Assembly: GCA_963812605.1 (NCBI GenBank)
Contig: CAWEWF010000005.1
Span: 192,001 to 256,000 of the forward strand
Direction: 5' to 3'
From: an uncultured Verrucomicrobiae bacterium
GTDB taxonomy: Bacteria; Verrucomicrobiota; Verrucomicrobiia; Palsa-1439
DNA: 64,000 nt
The translations under genes were made by a program, and so were the position numbers. Below are positions 29,673-40,034 of the stretch, piece by piece. Within the stretch, counting starts at the first letter, position 1. Every line of letters begins with the position of its first letter. The notes beneath the pieces were generated by a model. It had not been told where the DNA came from, did no database searches, and saw nothing but the letters and a program-made list of their open reading frames with translations.

Positions 29673-31670
29673 TCAGTGCGTGACTTGCAACCGGAGGAAA
29701 CGTGCGGTCAGCGGATCGGATGGAACCAGATCGCTGACCGTCCAGGTCTCTGTCCCGTCGCAGTTGTCAACGGGGGGGCCGACGGGCGCGGTAAAACCCG
29801 GCCCCGAATTCCACGTGATGAGGTCGCTGGAAACCTGGACCGTGTAACTGATGTCCGTGTTGTAGAGGACCGCGTTGTAGGTCAGGGCCAGATAATTTGT
29901 ACCGCCAATATTTTGAATACTGGCGACCGGCAATCCGGCGAGACTGGGGACCTGGGGGTTTAGTCCCAGCGCGTATTTCATCAAATTCTGGATGCCGTCC
30001 CCGGCGGGATCGGCTGTATCTCCGCTGATCGTGGAGTCGGCCAGTTGCGCAGCCGTAAAATTGGCTTGACGCCAGAGTTGATAAGGCGCGGTCAATTGGC
30101 CGTAAACGACAAGTTGGTTGGCCCCGGTCGGCGCGTAAACCTTTCCATTGGCGATGGTCGGCGAGGCATACTTAACGTAGCTCCCCAGCGAATCGCGCGT
30201 AAACTTCTCCTGACTGTTCCACAATTCGTGCCCGACGTTGCCAGCGTCGTAGGCAACGATCATGCCGCCCGCGGCATCGCAGATGCCCCAGAGAATCCCG
30301 GAGCCGGGTGCGTTGCCATTGGCCGACAAGGACAGACCGCCGGCACGGTCCTGCGTCAGACTCCCTTGGGCCAGCGGGTTGGTTTGAATGGAGGAACCCG
30401 TGAAGTCGAACGCCTTGATCACATCGCCGGCGCCCCACGTAAACAGAAACTGATTGCTCGGACCGTTCCAATAGACCGGGTTTTGTGCACCGCAACACAC
30501 CGGCGCCACAGCCGGAAATTCCTGGAGGATGTTCGTGTCGGAAGTCGCCGTGCTATACCCGCCCATGTTGTCACGATTCAACAGGTACAACACGCCCGTT
30601 TTGCCGATCCCGACAACCATGTTCGTGGTGGGAAGCAGGAGCGTCCCGGTAGCACCCAGGTCCAGGTCAGAGGCGTTGAGCGTACTCTGATTGTACGGCG
30701 TGAACCAGGTGGCGACGGCCAATGCATTGTTGGAGATGCTGAGCTTCATGAATGTGTCGCCAACGTCCGGCCCGCCGGTGTCGCCGTCAAAGCTGCCATT
30801 GCCGGTCACCACGTAGATATTGCCGTCGGAATCGGCGGCCGGTCCCGTGCCGCATCCCCAAATCCCGCCCTCACTGCCGTTGGGAGTGGTGTTGAGGACG
30901 TACACCTGCTGGAGATTGGTTGCGCCGTAACCGAACAACCACCCGTGCCAGGGAGGCGAGTCGCAGTGAGATCCGTAAGCCAGGTACACCACGTTGCTCG
31001 ATAGCAATAAACCGGGACGGTTGTGTTGGTACGCCGCGTTGAAGGAAACCATGGTGCCGCCATCGCCCGTGCCCGGAACGGATGCCTGGACGACCACGGG
31101 CCCGCCGAATTTCTCCTGCCCCGTCGCAATATCCAAAGCGTGCAAGCGGTGAAAGAAGTTACCCGCGCCTTCCTCGGTTTTGGCGTCGACGTACATCGTG
31201 CCCGTGGTCAGGTCGATGACTGGCGTGCTGGTGATCCCGACGATGGGCGACAAATCAGCGCAGTTATTCAAATCCGCAATGGGAACTGGCGGACCGAGGT
31301 TCACATTCCAGAGCGCGTTGGACGCAGCCGCATTGTCAGCATCAAACGCGAACACGCTGTTGCTCTCGGTGCAGACGTACACGACGTTGTGGAATTGATT
31401 GGAGATGCTCACCGCATGGACGTACAGCGGCTGCGCATAGATCTGCCCGTCGACGGAGCGGCTGAAGACTTTTCCGAAGTGCGCCGGGCTCAAATTGGAA
31501 GTGGTGAGGACAAATTCCTCGAGATCCGCTCCCGTGCGGAGATTATCGTTGTGCTGTGTCAGAACGTTGGCTGCAATCGCCGCAAACGGCGATAAGAACG
31601 CGATAAAAGCAACGGTGGCAGAAACGACCTGATGACAATCCTTTCGAGTTCTTCCCTGAGTGCGCTTCAT
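29673..31670 (-). CDS. Secreted PQQ-like beta-propeller protein with C-terminal verrucomicrobial module
   Basis: Signal peptide, VLTQHNDNLRTG, VDGQIYAQPL, GITSTPVID, PTIANGKVY, then DPAGDGIQNLMKYALGLNP...FLRLQVTH. Confidence 0.75.
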   Translation of the reverse strand: MKRTQGRTRKDCHQVVSATVAFIAFLSPFAAIAANVLTQHNDNLRTGADLEEFVLTTSNLSPAHFGKVFSRSVDGQIYAQPLYVHAVSISNQFHNVVYVCTESNSVFAFDADNAAASNALWNVNLGPPVPIADLNNCADLSPIVGITSTPVIDLTTGTMYVDAKTEEGAGNFFHRLHALDIATGQEKFGGPVVVQASVPGTGDGGTMVSFNAAYQHNRPGLLLSSNVVYLAYGSHCDSPPWHGWLFGYGATNLQQVYVLNTTPNGSEGGIWGCGTGPAADSDGNIYVVTGNGSFDGDTGGPDVGDTFMKLSISNNALAVATWFTPYNQSTLNASDLDLGATGTLLLPTTNMVVGIGKTGVLYLLNRDNMGGYSTATSDTNILQEFPAVAPVCCGAQNPVYWNGPSNQFLFTWGAGDVIKAFDFTGSSIQTNPLAQGSLTQDRAGGLSLSANGNAPGSGILWGICDAAGGMIVAYDAGNVGHELWNSQEKFTRDSLGSYVKYASPTIANGKVYAPTGANQLVVYGQLTAPYQLWRQANFTAAQLADSTISGDTADPAGDGIQNLMKYALGLNPQVPSLAGLPVASIQNIGGTNYLALTYNAVLYNTDISYTVQVSSDLITWNSGPGFTAPVGPPVDNCDGTETWTVSDLVPSDPLTARFLRLQVTH

Positions 31671-31739
31671 TGACGACCTCGATTTCTGATGCTACAGAAC
31701 GTTCGCATCCGATTGAAGAGTCGGGCAACTCATCCGACC

Positions 31740-31830
31740 TTTCCCATAGGACCTACGGCCCGCGACCGTCGGGGGTCATTCAGTTTCCTTGATCAGCATT
31801 TTACTCCCTCGGACACTGCTATCAAGCCTT
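31740..31830 (-). promoter_or_regulatory. Promoter/leader element, copy 1 (TTGATA-16-TAAAAT plus hairpin leader)
   Basis: Near-identical copy at 33525-33607. Lies upstream of the beta-propeller gene. Confidence 0.55.
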
Positions 31831-32322
31831 TTTTGCGACTCCGGCGGAGATGCCTTCGGCTCTTGATTGCGTTCCGCAGCGATTTTCGTCCAAAGCCTTT
31901 GTTTATGGGGCTCAATTACATCTCAATAACATTGACTTGTGAAGCGAATCCGGGAAATGTGGGCCTAATTGATTTTCTAGGCGGTATCTGCCGGTTGCCA
32001 GTTTGCCATCGGACTCTCTGCTGCCCATTGTGATCGAAAATCGTTCTGACCGGAGGTTCCCCCAGCCTAAACCCCATGGCGTCTTGTCTTGGAGTATTGA
32101 AAGAAATGCGGCGGCGATACCTGGCGGGGCAGCGACAACCAAACAGGACGCAACGAAATGAGTATTAAATGTATTTACAGCATTTCATCCGCTTGTTTGG
32201 CGCGAGGTTGGCTGAAGTGAATCAGACATCAAGATGCTCCTCGGTCCTTCATGCCGCGAGCAATTTCGCTGTCGCGGGTCTGCCGCGAACACTTCGCAAA
32301 GTTTCCAGAGTTCGCGCAGCCG

Positions 32323-32361
32323 GCGCCAACGGCGGTTGGCTCCGGCGACTTGTTAGGCCAC
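32323..32361 (-). mobile_element. Truncated integron attC (59-be) site, left half
   Basis: Minus strand GTGGCCTAAC-AAGTCGCCGGAGCCAACCGCCGTTGGCGC: RYYYAAC inverse core immediately after the cassette stop. No matching right half is visible. Confidence 0.65.
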
Positions 32362-32367
32362 GTCATG

Positions 32368-32616
32368 TCAAAATCTCTCACGGCTCTGCTTCCACCGGCC
32401 CGAGCAAAGACAGGCTAACCCCCAAACGACGGGGAAAGGCCACCAAACGATGTAAACCACGCCGGGAATAATAAAGTCACGAACGAATCGGCCACGATGT
32501 TCCGAGCGGGTTGTGTGCGTGCGATGCTGCTTCCGGTAACCTTTGAGCGCCACGAGAAACCAGAAAGCTAACATCACAAGCCATCCGATAGCCCAAACTG
32601 AAATGAAATAATTCAT
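32368..32616 (-). CDS. Small two-TM membrane protein, integron cassette ORF
   Basis: 82 aa with two hydrophobic segments, bounded by GTTAGGC upstream and GCCTAAC downstream. Confidence 0.65.
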   Translation of the reverse strand: MNYFISVWAIGWLVMLAFWFLVALKGYRKQHRTHTTRSEHRGRFVRDFIIPGVVYIVWWPFPVVWGLACLCSGRWKQSRERF

Positions 32617-32629
32617 GGCGCGTAAAGAA

Positions 32630-32652
32630 GTGGCCTAACATGTATTAGGGTG
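32630..32652 (-). mobile_element. attI-like simple site / cassette core site
   Basis: Minus strand CACCCTAATACATGTTAGGCCAC: GTTRRRY core with an inverted CCTAA/TTAGG pair, resembling the attI1 layout CCCTAAAACAAAGTT. Confidence 0.5.
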
Positions 32653-32765
32653 CTTCGTTCGGTCATGTACCGCTCCATCCGCCGCTATTCCGATCCCCGC
32701 GCGTCGGCAACCCGCTGGGCGGTTACCGGCTCGACGAGCGTTCTCGGCGTGGCGTCGGACAGGCG

Positions 32766-33362
32766 TTAATCGTTAAGGTCCAGAATCCGTGTGTCATTAA
32801 GGAAAAACTTGATCCGCGGGCCGGTCAACTCGATCCGGATGTCATACCAGCGGCCGGTTTCGATTTTGCCGGGCACCCGGCCTCCGACCAATGCCCGCTT
32901 GTTCCCGACCACATGACTAATCCCATGATTCGTGTTGTTCCAACCGCCGATACTCGCCCAGTAGAAGTCATCGTCCGCCACGTGGAACATGACCAAAAAG
33001 CCCTCGCTGCCGGCGATCTTGCGCGCCTTCAGGTGCACCGTGTAATCCGTCGCTTCGGCCAGCTCCGGGAGACTGAGCACGCTTCGCAGGTTCTCACCCG
33101 TCGCGCTCTGCCGGTACGCGCCGTCCACGACTTTCCAATCACCGCCCGATGATTTCCAGTCTTTGGCCTCGGTGGTGAAGTCCGAACGATAGAGCACGGA
33201 GTCACCGGCTGTCACCTGGATGTCCCGGTACTCCGCCTGGGTCTTCCACGTGCCCAAACCGATCGTGCCTCTCACCGCGGCGGGTTCCGAAACCCGCACA
33301 GCCGCGGTCAACAAACACGTGGCGCAAACGGCAAGGAGCGCGGTCCCAAGATTGCGTTTCAT
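32766..33362 (-). CDS. Secreted DUF1080/concanavalin-like carbohydrate-associated domain protein (possibly truncated)
   Basis: Signal peptide, GTIGLGTWKTQAEYRDI, LKARKIAGSEGFLV, IGGWNNT and IETGRWYDIRIE, resembling accessory domains of arabinofuranosidases. Confidence 0.6.
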   Translation of the reverse strand: MKRNLGTALLAVCATCLLTAAVRVSEPAAVRGTIGLGTWKTQAEYRDIQVTAGDSVLYRSDFTTEAKDWKSSGGDWKVVDGAYRQSATGENLRSVLSLPELAEATDYTVHLKARKIAGSEGFLVMFHVADDDFYWASIGGWNNTNHGISHVVGNKRALVGGRVPGKIETGRWYDIRIELTGPRIKFFLNDTRILDLND

Positions 33363-33518
33363 GCCAGCCTGGCGGCCTCGCGGGTGATGCGCCCCTCCAA
33401 CGGTTCGCCCCTGAGAAATCGCCGCAGTTCCTCGACCATGTAGCGACCGAGCCGGTTGATCTCCGAGCCCATCGGCCCGGCAATGTGCGGCGTCAACACC
33501 ACGTTGGGCAGTGTTAAG
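33359..33518 (-). pseudogene. C-terminal fragment of a D-2-hydroxyacid dehydrogenase
   Basis: Manual translation LTLPNVVLTPHIAGPMGSEINRLGRYMVEELRRFLRGEPLEGRITREAARLA*. No N-terminal part upstream. Confidence 0.7.
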
Positions 33519-33524
33519 CCAACA

Positions 33525-33607
33525 TTTCCCATTATGACCTACGGCCCGCGACCATGGCGGGCCATTCAGTTTCATTGATCAGCATTTTATCCCCACGGAC
33601 ATTGTAT
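33525..33607 (-). promoter_or_regulatory. Promoter/leader element, copy 2
   Basis: Homologous to 31740-31822 and retains TAAAATGCTGATCAA. Confidence 0.5.
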
Positions 33608-33678
33608 AAATTGAAATCATCGATCTTTTTAGGCAGACCCACACTGTCCTGCCGGGACACGTAATGCGCGCGATAGTT

Positions 33679-36600
33679 CTACGGGCCGAGACGAATCCGG
33701 TAAGTAACGGTCCGGGCCGTTGGTGAGACCGCCCGAATCGAGATAATTGGTTGTCGCGTCTCCGCTGCCCGGGATGGCGATTGGGCCGCTGATATCGGCG
33801 AAGTTGGTGGCGTAATTACCGCCGACGTCACCATCCGTCGCCTGCACCACGTTGGTAGACCCGCCGCCTGTCTTCCAGGTAATCACCACGTCGTTGCTCT
33901 GCGGCACTACGCTGAGAATCCGGAACACGGAAGCCGGATTCGTGGGGTTCAGGCCCAGCAGGAACTGGTTGGTGTTGCTGATCCCTTTCCCTAATGGATC
34001 CGCATTGGGTTGAGCCTGCGGACAGGCCAGGCAGCCGAAGTAATTCGTCTGCCACGACTGAAATGCCGATAACGGAGTGGCGCCGGCGGAGCCGGACATC
34101 GCGCTTTCGCCATTGGTGCTGACCGCCGTGACGGCATAGAAGTAATTGCTGCCGTCCACCACAGCCGTGTCCGCATAAGACGTGGTGGCCGCCAGACTCG
34201 CCAGCAAGCCGTAAGGCCCGCCGCTACCCGTTGTTGAACGATAGACTTTGTTTGTCGTGATCCCCGGGCTGCTGGACTGCGTCCACATCAGATTCACGAC
34301 CGCATCACCGGCAGTTGCCACCAGGCTGGTCGGGGCAGACGGAGGCACGGACACGGGACCGAAAATCTGGCATTCGTAAAAACTGGCGAATCCGCCACAG
34401 CCGTTGCAACCGGTCACGTCTACTTGGACGTAGCGGGTCGAGACGGAGAAGCTGTTGCTTGTGGTTCCGGATTCGTTGGTGTTGGTGGTATTGTTCACGA
34501 TGGTGGTGAAATTCACGTCATCTGTGCTGATGTTGATCTCGTATTGATACGCACGTGTCCCGGCGTCAAACCAATAGATAATCGCCTGATTAATGGGTTG
34601 CACCGAACCCAAATCCACAGTCCAGGTCTGCGGGAAATTCCCGTTGGCGGCCGCCCAGCGGGTGGAGAAGTTGCCATCGTTGCCATAACTCACGAGGTTG
34701 CCCGCCTGGAAACTGCTGGCCGTGGCCGGTTGGCCTTGAGACAGCAGACCCGGCGGCGGCGCATTATTAGTTGATCCCACGACCCACATCAGTGAATCGG
34801 TAACGGTGGTGCTGCCCAGGGTGCCGATCGCGCTGACGTTATTGGTGCCGCTCTGTAGTGTCACCGGCCAGAGGAACGTATTGCTACTGCTCGCCGCCGA
34901 TCCCTGGGAGACGCCGTTCACGAACAGTTGCACGGAACCGCAATTGGAATACGCCTTCGCCGTAATGTTGGCGATGCGATTGGTGAAGGTATGGCCGGCG
35001 ATGTACACCATCGCATTCGTGGTCCAACTCGCTTTGTAGAAGTAAAAGGCGTCTTTGCGAATCATCCGGTCATACGTGGCCAGGCCCTTGTCGTTGCGCC
35101 CCGCCGTATCCCCTTCATTGCGACAGTCGGACGCGAAATCGAGCAGGTTCCAAACCAGTTTGCACCACAAGTAGGGTCTGGCTTTCATTTGCGCCCAGGT
35201 GCCTTCATGGAGCAGGTTCTGGTATTCCTCGGGATGGTATGGACCGGCGTTGGCCGGCTCGCTGACGGGGTCTTCACTATGTTGCCAGACGCTCGCGCCG
35301 GCGCCATACTCCGTGATGCCCATCATGCGGGTCGGATAGGTGGCGTGGAAGTTGTCAGCCCAGGGTCCGAAATCCGTAATCGCTCCGTTATACCATCCAT
35401 AATACTTGTTGAAAGCAATGAATGGGGTATTGGTCGTTGACGGATCATTATCACTGGTGTTGGCGGCCTCCGTCTGGAACCTCGTTGGGTCTTCCTGCCC
35501 GACCAGTTGGGTTTCCAGGTTGATCAGAGTGATCGGTGACGGGCCGGCATCCAGTGTTACTTCATTGTAGATACTCCAACAAATCACCGACGGATGATTG
35601 TATCGTTGCCGGATCATCTCGCGCAGTTGCTGCAAGGTGTTCGTATAAAACGCCGCAGACGCGGTAATGTCATCAATGACCGGGCACTCGCTCCAGACGC
35701 AAATGCCGTCCTGATCCGCAAGTTGGTACTCATAATCGTTGTGCTCGTAATGACACATGCGAAGGAACGTGGCGCCAATCTCCTTGATGACCGAAAAATC
35801 CACGTCGCGTTGCCCATTGGTCACCGCCCAGCCGTAATTGAGCCAATCCTGATGCTTGTTCACTCCGTGGAGGTCATAGTGCTGGCCATTGAGGTAAAAC
35901 CCGTTGGTCGCGGTGACACTGTAATAGCGAAATCCGAGCGGCTGGCTGATCCAGTCGGTCCGGTTGGTGCCGTTGTAGACTTCGATGAATGCTTGATAAA
36001 GGTAAGGATCAGAAAGGCCATTCCACAGATGAGGATTGGTAATCGTTGTGTTTGCCACTACATTGGAGCCGGACGACGCACCGAGTGTCACCACATTCGT
36101 GAGCGTGGTAACAATATTGGTCGAGGCGTCGGTGATGGTGGCGAGGACTGTCACAGTCGCAGCGCCAGGGTTTGCATTGGAAACAACGGTGGTGACCTGC
36201 AGATTGGCGGAATTGGAACTGACGTTGGTCGTTCGCAAATACACGCCCGGCGAACCATAATCCAACGGGGAAATCTGTAACGGATCCGTCGTCACCAAAT
36301 ACGCGTCGCGGTAAAGGCCTCCAAAGAACGTGAAGTCGGCGGCCAATGGCGGAATGTTGGTGTTGCCGGCGTTGTTGACCTTGACGGCGATGACGTTGTC
36401 CGCGCCGATATTCATGTTGGAGGTTACGTCGTACACGAACGCCGCGAAGCCGCCCTGATGCTCGCCAATAAAATTGCCGTTCACGTACACATCCGCAACG
36501 ATATTGGCGCCGTCGAATTTGAGGAACAGCCGTCGTCCCGCTTCGTTGGTGCTGACCGTGTAGTGCAGACGATACCAGCCGATCCCCTGATAGTAATTAC

Positions 36601-36907
36601 AGCCTCCATCCTGGCCGTCGAGATTGTTCCAGGTGTGGGGCAGACCCAGCGGCGTCCACGAGGAATCATTGAAACCGTTCGTTTGCGCCCCGGCGACGTC
36701 CTGGCGGATAAACCGCCAGCCCGCGTCAATGTTAATGACTTCACGCAGATTGGCTGGTGGCGAGTAGGTCTGACCGAAGACCGCCGAGGTGGAAAGTGGA
36801 ATTGCTGCGACCAAAAGGAACAGGAAGATTCGTAACCCTCGAACAACGACGTTGTGGTAAGTCATAACCTCAGATCCTCTGAACGTGGTTTCGTGTTGTT
36901 GTTTCAT
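33679..36907 (-). CDS. Secreted GH2 glycosidase (beta-galactosidase-like) with F5/8-type C (CBM32-like), FN3 and C-terminal module
   Basis: LPHTWNNLDG, FDGAN, DFTFFGGLYR, NHPSVICWSIYNE acid/base, TEYGAG nucleophile and GNDGNFSTRW discoidin. A 1-nt frameshift in the last codons gives the true end RYYRIRLGP*. Confidence 0.88.
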
Positions 36908-36936
36908 TGTCGTTTCGTTCCCATGACTGCGTTCTG

Positions 36937-39900
36937 CTAGGGCACCAGCCGCACCCGGTAGTAGCGGGCGGGCGCATTCGTCGCCGCCCCCACATCCAGG
37001 TAGTTGGTCACGGTGCCGATCGTGTTGGTGACGATGAAGATGTCGGTGAAGTTGTTGGTATTGTAACCTCCGCTCGTGTTGTCCGCCGTCGCTTGCAGAG
37101 CATTTGTCCTGCCGCTGCCCGTCATCCATGTCACCAGCAAGTCAAGGCCACTCGGCAGGACCGAAATTATGTGCAATGACGACGCGCTGTTCGTCGGGTC
37201 GGTGCCCGCAAGGTACTCCTGCAGATTCGACATGCCATCGCCGTCGGGGTCTTCAGCAGCAAGCGCCGGATCGAATGGATTCAAGTGATATTGCTGCTTC
37301 CAGCCGTTGGGAATTCCGTCGCCGACCTGGCTCTTGGTCGGGTCGAGGAGCGGCTGGACAGACAACTCGACTTGATTGGTGTCCACGGCGCTGCAATTAT
37401 CAATGGCATTCACCTTGAAGAAGTAGGTAATCGGGCTGTTGCTTCCCGGATACAGAGGAATAAACACCGATAACGCATTGGTGGCAAGCAACGGGTTGAT
37501 CTCCCCTCCGCTATTGGTCGCCTCATACACCCCGTAGGTAAACGGCGCCATCCCCGACGCCCCAGACCAACTCAACGTTGCGCCTTCAATCGCCGGAGTG
37601 AGGCTGCCCGGTCCCGCGAAAAGCGGGGGGCCGGCATAGGTAAATCCGTTGGTGAGCGTTGTCGGTGACAGCGTGGGAGTTTTGACCACGACGTTGTAGG
37701 TTCCCGGAGAATTGGCGCCCGTGACGGCCGTCAGGGTGTTGGAATTGACAAAGGTGACACCGGTGGCGTTCACGCCGTTCATGATGATCGTTGAGCCGCT
37801 TCTAAAGTTCAGCCCGCCAATGGTAATCGGCGTGCCACCACCCGCGCAGCCGTTGGTGGGAGCGATCGACGTGATCAGGGGTCGGGCAGGCGGGGGAGGC
37901 ACCACGTACCACATCAGTGAATCGGTGACGTTGGTGCCGCCTTTGGCGCCAATGGCCTGGACGGAGTTGGAACCACCGGGAAGCGAAAGTGCCCAGGTGA
38001 AGATGTTGCTGGTGCTGGTCCGCGTCCCCTGTGAAATGCTATTGAGGAAAAGTTCCACGGAATCGCAATTGGAATACGCCTTGGCCGTGATGTTGTTGGT
38101 GCGAGTCGTGAAGGTATGTCCAGTGATATACACCATCGCGTTCGTGGTCCAGTTGGCCTTGTACCAGTAAAAAGCATCCTTGCGAATCTGCCGGTCGTAG
38201 GTCACAAGGCCCTTGTCGTTGCGGCCGGGGGTGTCGCCTTCATCGCGGCCGTCCGAGGCGAAATCGAACCCGGTCCAGACCAATTTGCACCACAGAAACG
38301 GCCGCACTTTCATTTGCGCCCAAGTCTGCTCATGAAGCAGATTCTGGTATTCCTCGGGGTGATACGGGCCGGCGTTGGCCGGTTCGGAGACCGGGTCTTC
38401 GCTGTGCTGGTAAACGCTCGCACCGGCGCCATACTCGGTGACGCCGACCATCCGCGTCGGATAGGTGGCGTGAAAATTGTCGGCCCAGGGCCCGAAGTCG
38501 GTGGTGACACCGTTATACCAGCCGTAATACTTGTTGAAAGCAATCAACTGGGTATTGGTCGTTGAAGGATCATTGTCACTGGTATTGGCGGCCTCCGTCT
38601 GAAAGCGCGTCGGGTCTTCCTGCCCGACCAGTTGGGTTTCCAGGTTGATCAGAGCGACCGGTGACGGGCCGGCATCCAGCGTTATTTCATTATAGATACT
38701 CCAGCAAACTACCGCAGGATGGTTGTATCGTTGCCGAATCATCTCACGGAGTTGCTGCAAGGTGTTGGTATAAAACGCCGCTGACGCGGTAATGTAGTCG
38801 ATGACCGGGACTTCACTCCAGACGCAAATGCCATCTTGATCCGCCAGTTGATACTCGTAGTCATTGTGCTCGTAATGACTCATCCGCAGGAAGGTGGCGC
38901 CGATTTCCTTGAGCAGCGCAAAGTTTGCATCGCGCTGGCCATTCGTCAACGCCCATCCATAATTGAGCCAGTCCTGGTGCATGTTCACGCCATGGAGATC
39001 GTAGTGCTGGCCGTTGAGGAAAAAGCCGTTGGTCGGGTCCACGCTGAAATAGCGGAACCCCAGCGGCTGGCTCACCAGATCGGTCAGGTTCGTCCCGTTG
39101 TAAACCTCGATGAACGTTTGATACAGATAGGGATCGGAAAGGCCGTTCCACAGGTGAGGGTTGGAAATGATCGTGCTCCCGACGACATTGGAAACCGAAC
39201 TCGCCGAAAGCGTCACGAGGTTCGTCAGGATCGTCACGATATTCGTCGCCGCATCGGTGACGATGGCCCGCACCGTCACCGTTGCGGTGCCGGGCATTGG
39301 CGTTGGAAACAACGGTGGTGACCTGCAGGTTGGCGGAATTGGAACTGACACTGGTGGTTTGCAGATACACGCCCGGCGAACCGTAGTCCAAAGGCGAGAC
39401 TTGCAGCGGATCCGTTGCCAGCAAATGTACGTCCCGGTAGATGCCGCCGAAGAAGGTGAAATCCGCATTGAGCGGCGGGATGTTGGCGTTGAAGGCGTTG
39501 TTGACCTCCACAGCGATGACGTTGTCCGTGCCGACGTTAATGTAAGGCGTCACGTCATAAACGAACGCCGCAAAACCGCCTTGATGCTCGCCGACGAAAT
39601 TGCCGTTCACATAAACATCCGAAACGATGTTCGCGCCGTCGAACTTGAGGAACAGCCGCCTGCCGGTTTCGTTGGTGCTGACGGTGTAGTGCACGCGATA
39701 CCAGCCAATCCCGCGGTAGTAATTATTGCCGCCGTCCTGTCCGTCGAGGTTGTTCCAGGTGTGCGGCAAATTCAGCAACGTCCAGGTGGAATCGTTGAAG
39801 CCGTTCGATTGCGCGCCGGTGACAGCATTTGTGGTAAACCGCCAGCCGGCGTCGAGATTGATGTCTTCGCGGGGATTGGAGGGCGGCGAATACGTCTGAC

Positions 39901-39991
39901 CGAAGACCGTCGGGGTGGAAAGTGGAATTGCTGCGACGAAAAGGAACAGGAAGATTCGCAACCCTCGAACAACGGCGTTGCTGCAAGTCAT
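36937..39991 (-). CDS. Second secreted GH2 glycosidase with IPT/TIG domain and C-terminal module, frameshift near 39295
   Basis: Paralog of the adjacent GH2 (WSIYNE, TEYGAG), with ITSIAP..GGTPITIGG IPT and DPDGDGMSNLQEYLAGTDP...RYYRVRLVP. Confidence 0.85.
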
Positions 39992-40034
39992 AACCTCAGA
40001 TCCTCTGAAACGGCGAACGCGGCGGAATGTTTCA

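Noticed and set aside
32150-32185. dif-like site in an AT-rich patch
   Set aside because: It does not match the XerC/XerD arm consensus (no TTATGTTAAAT-like arm).
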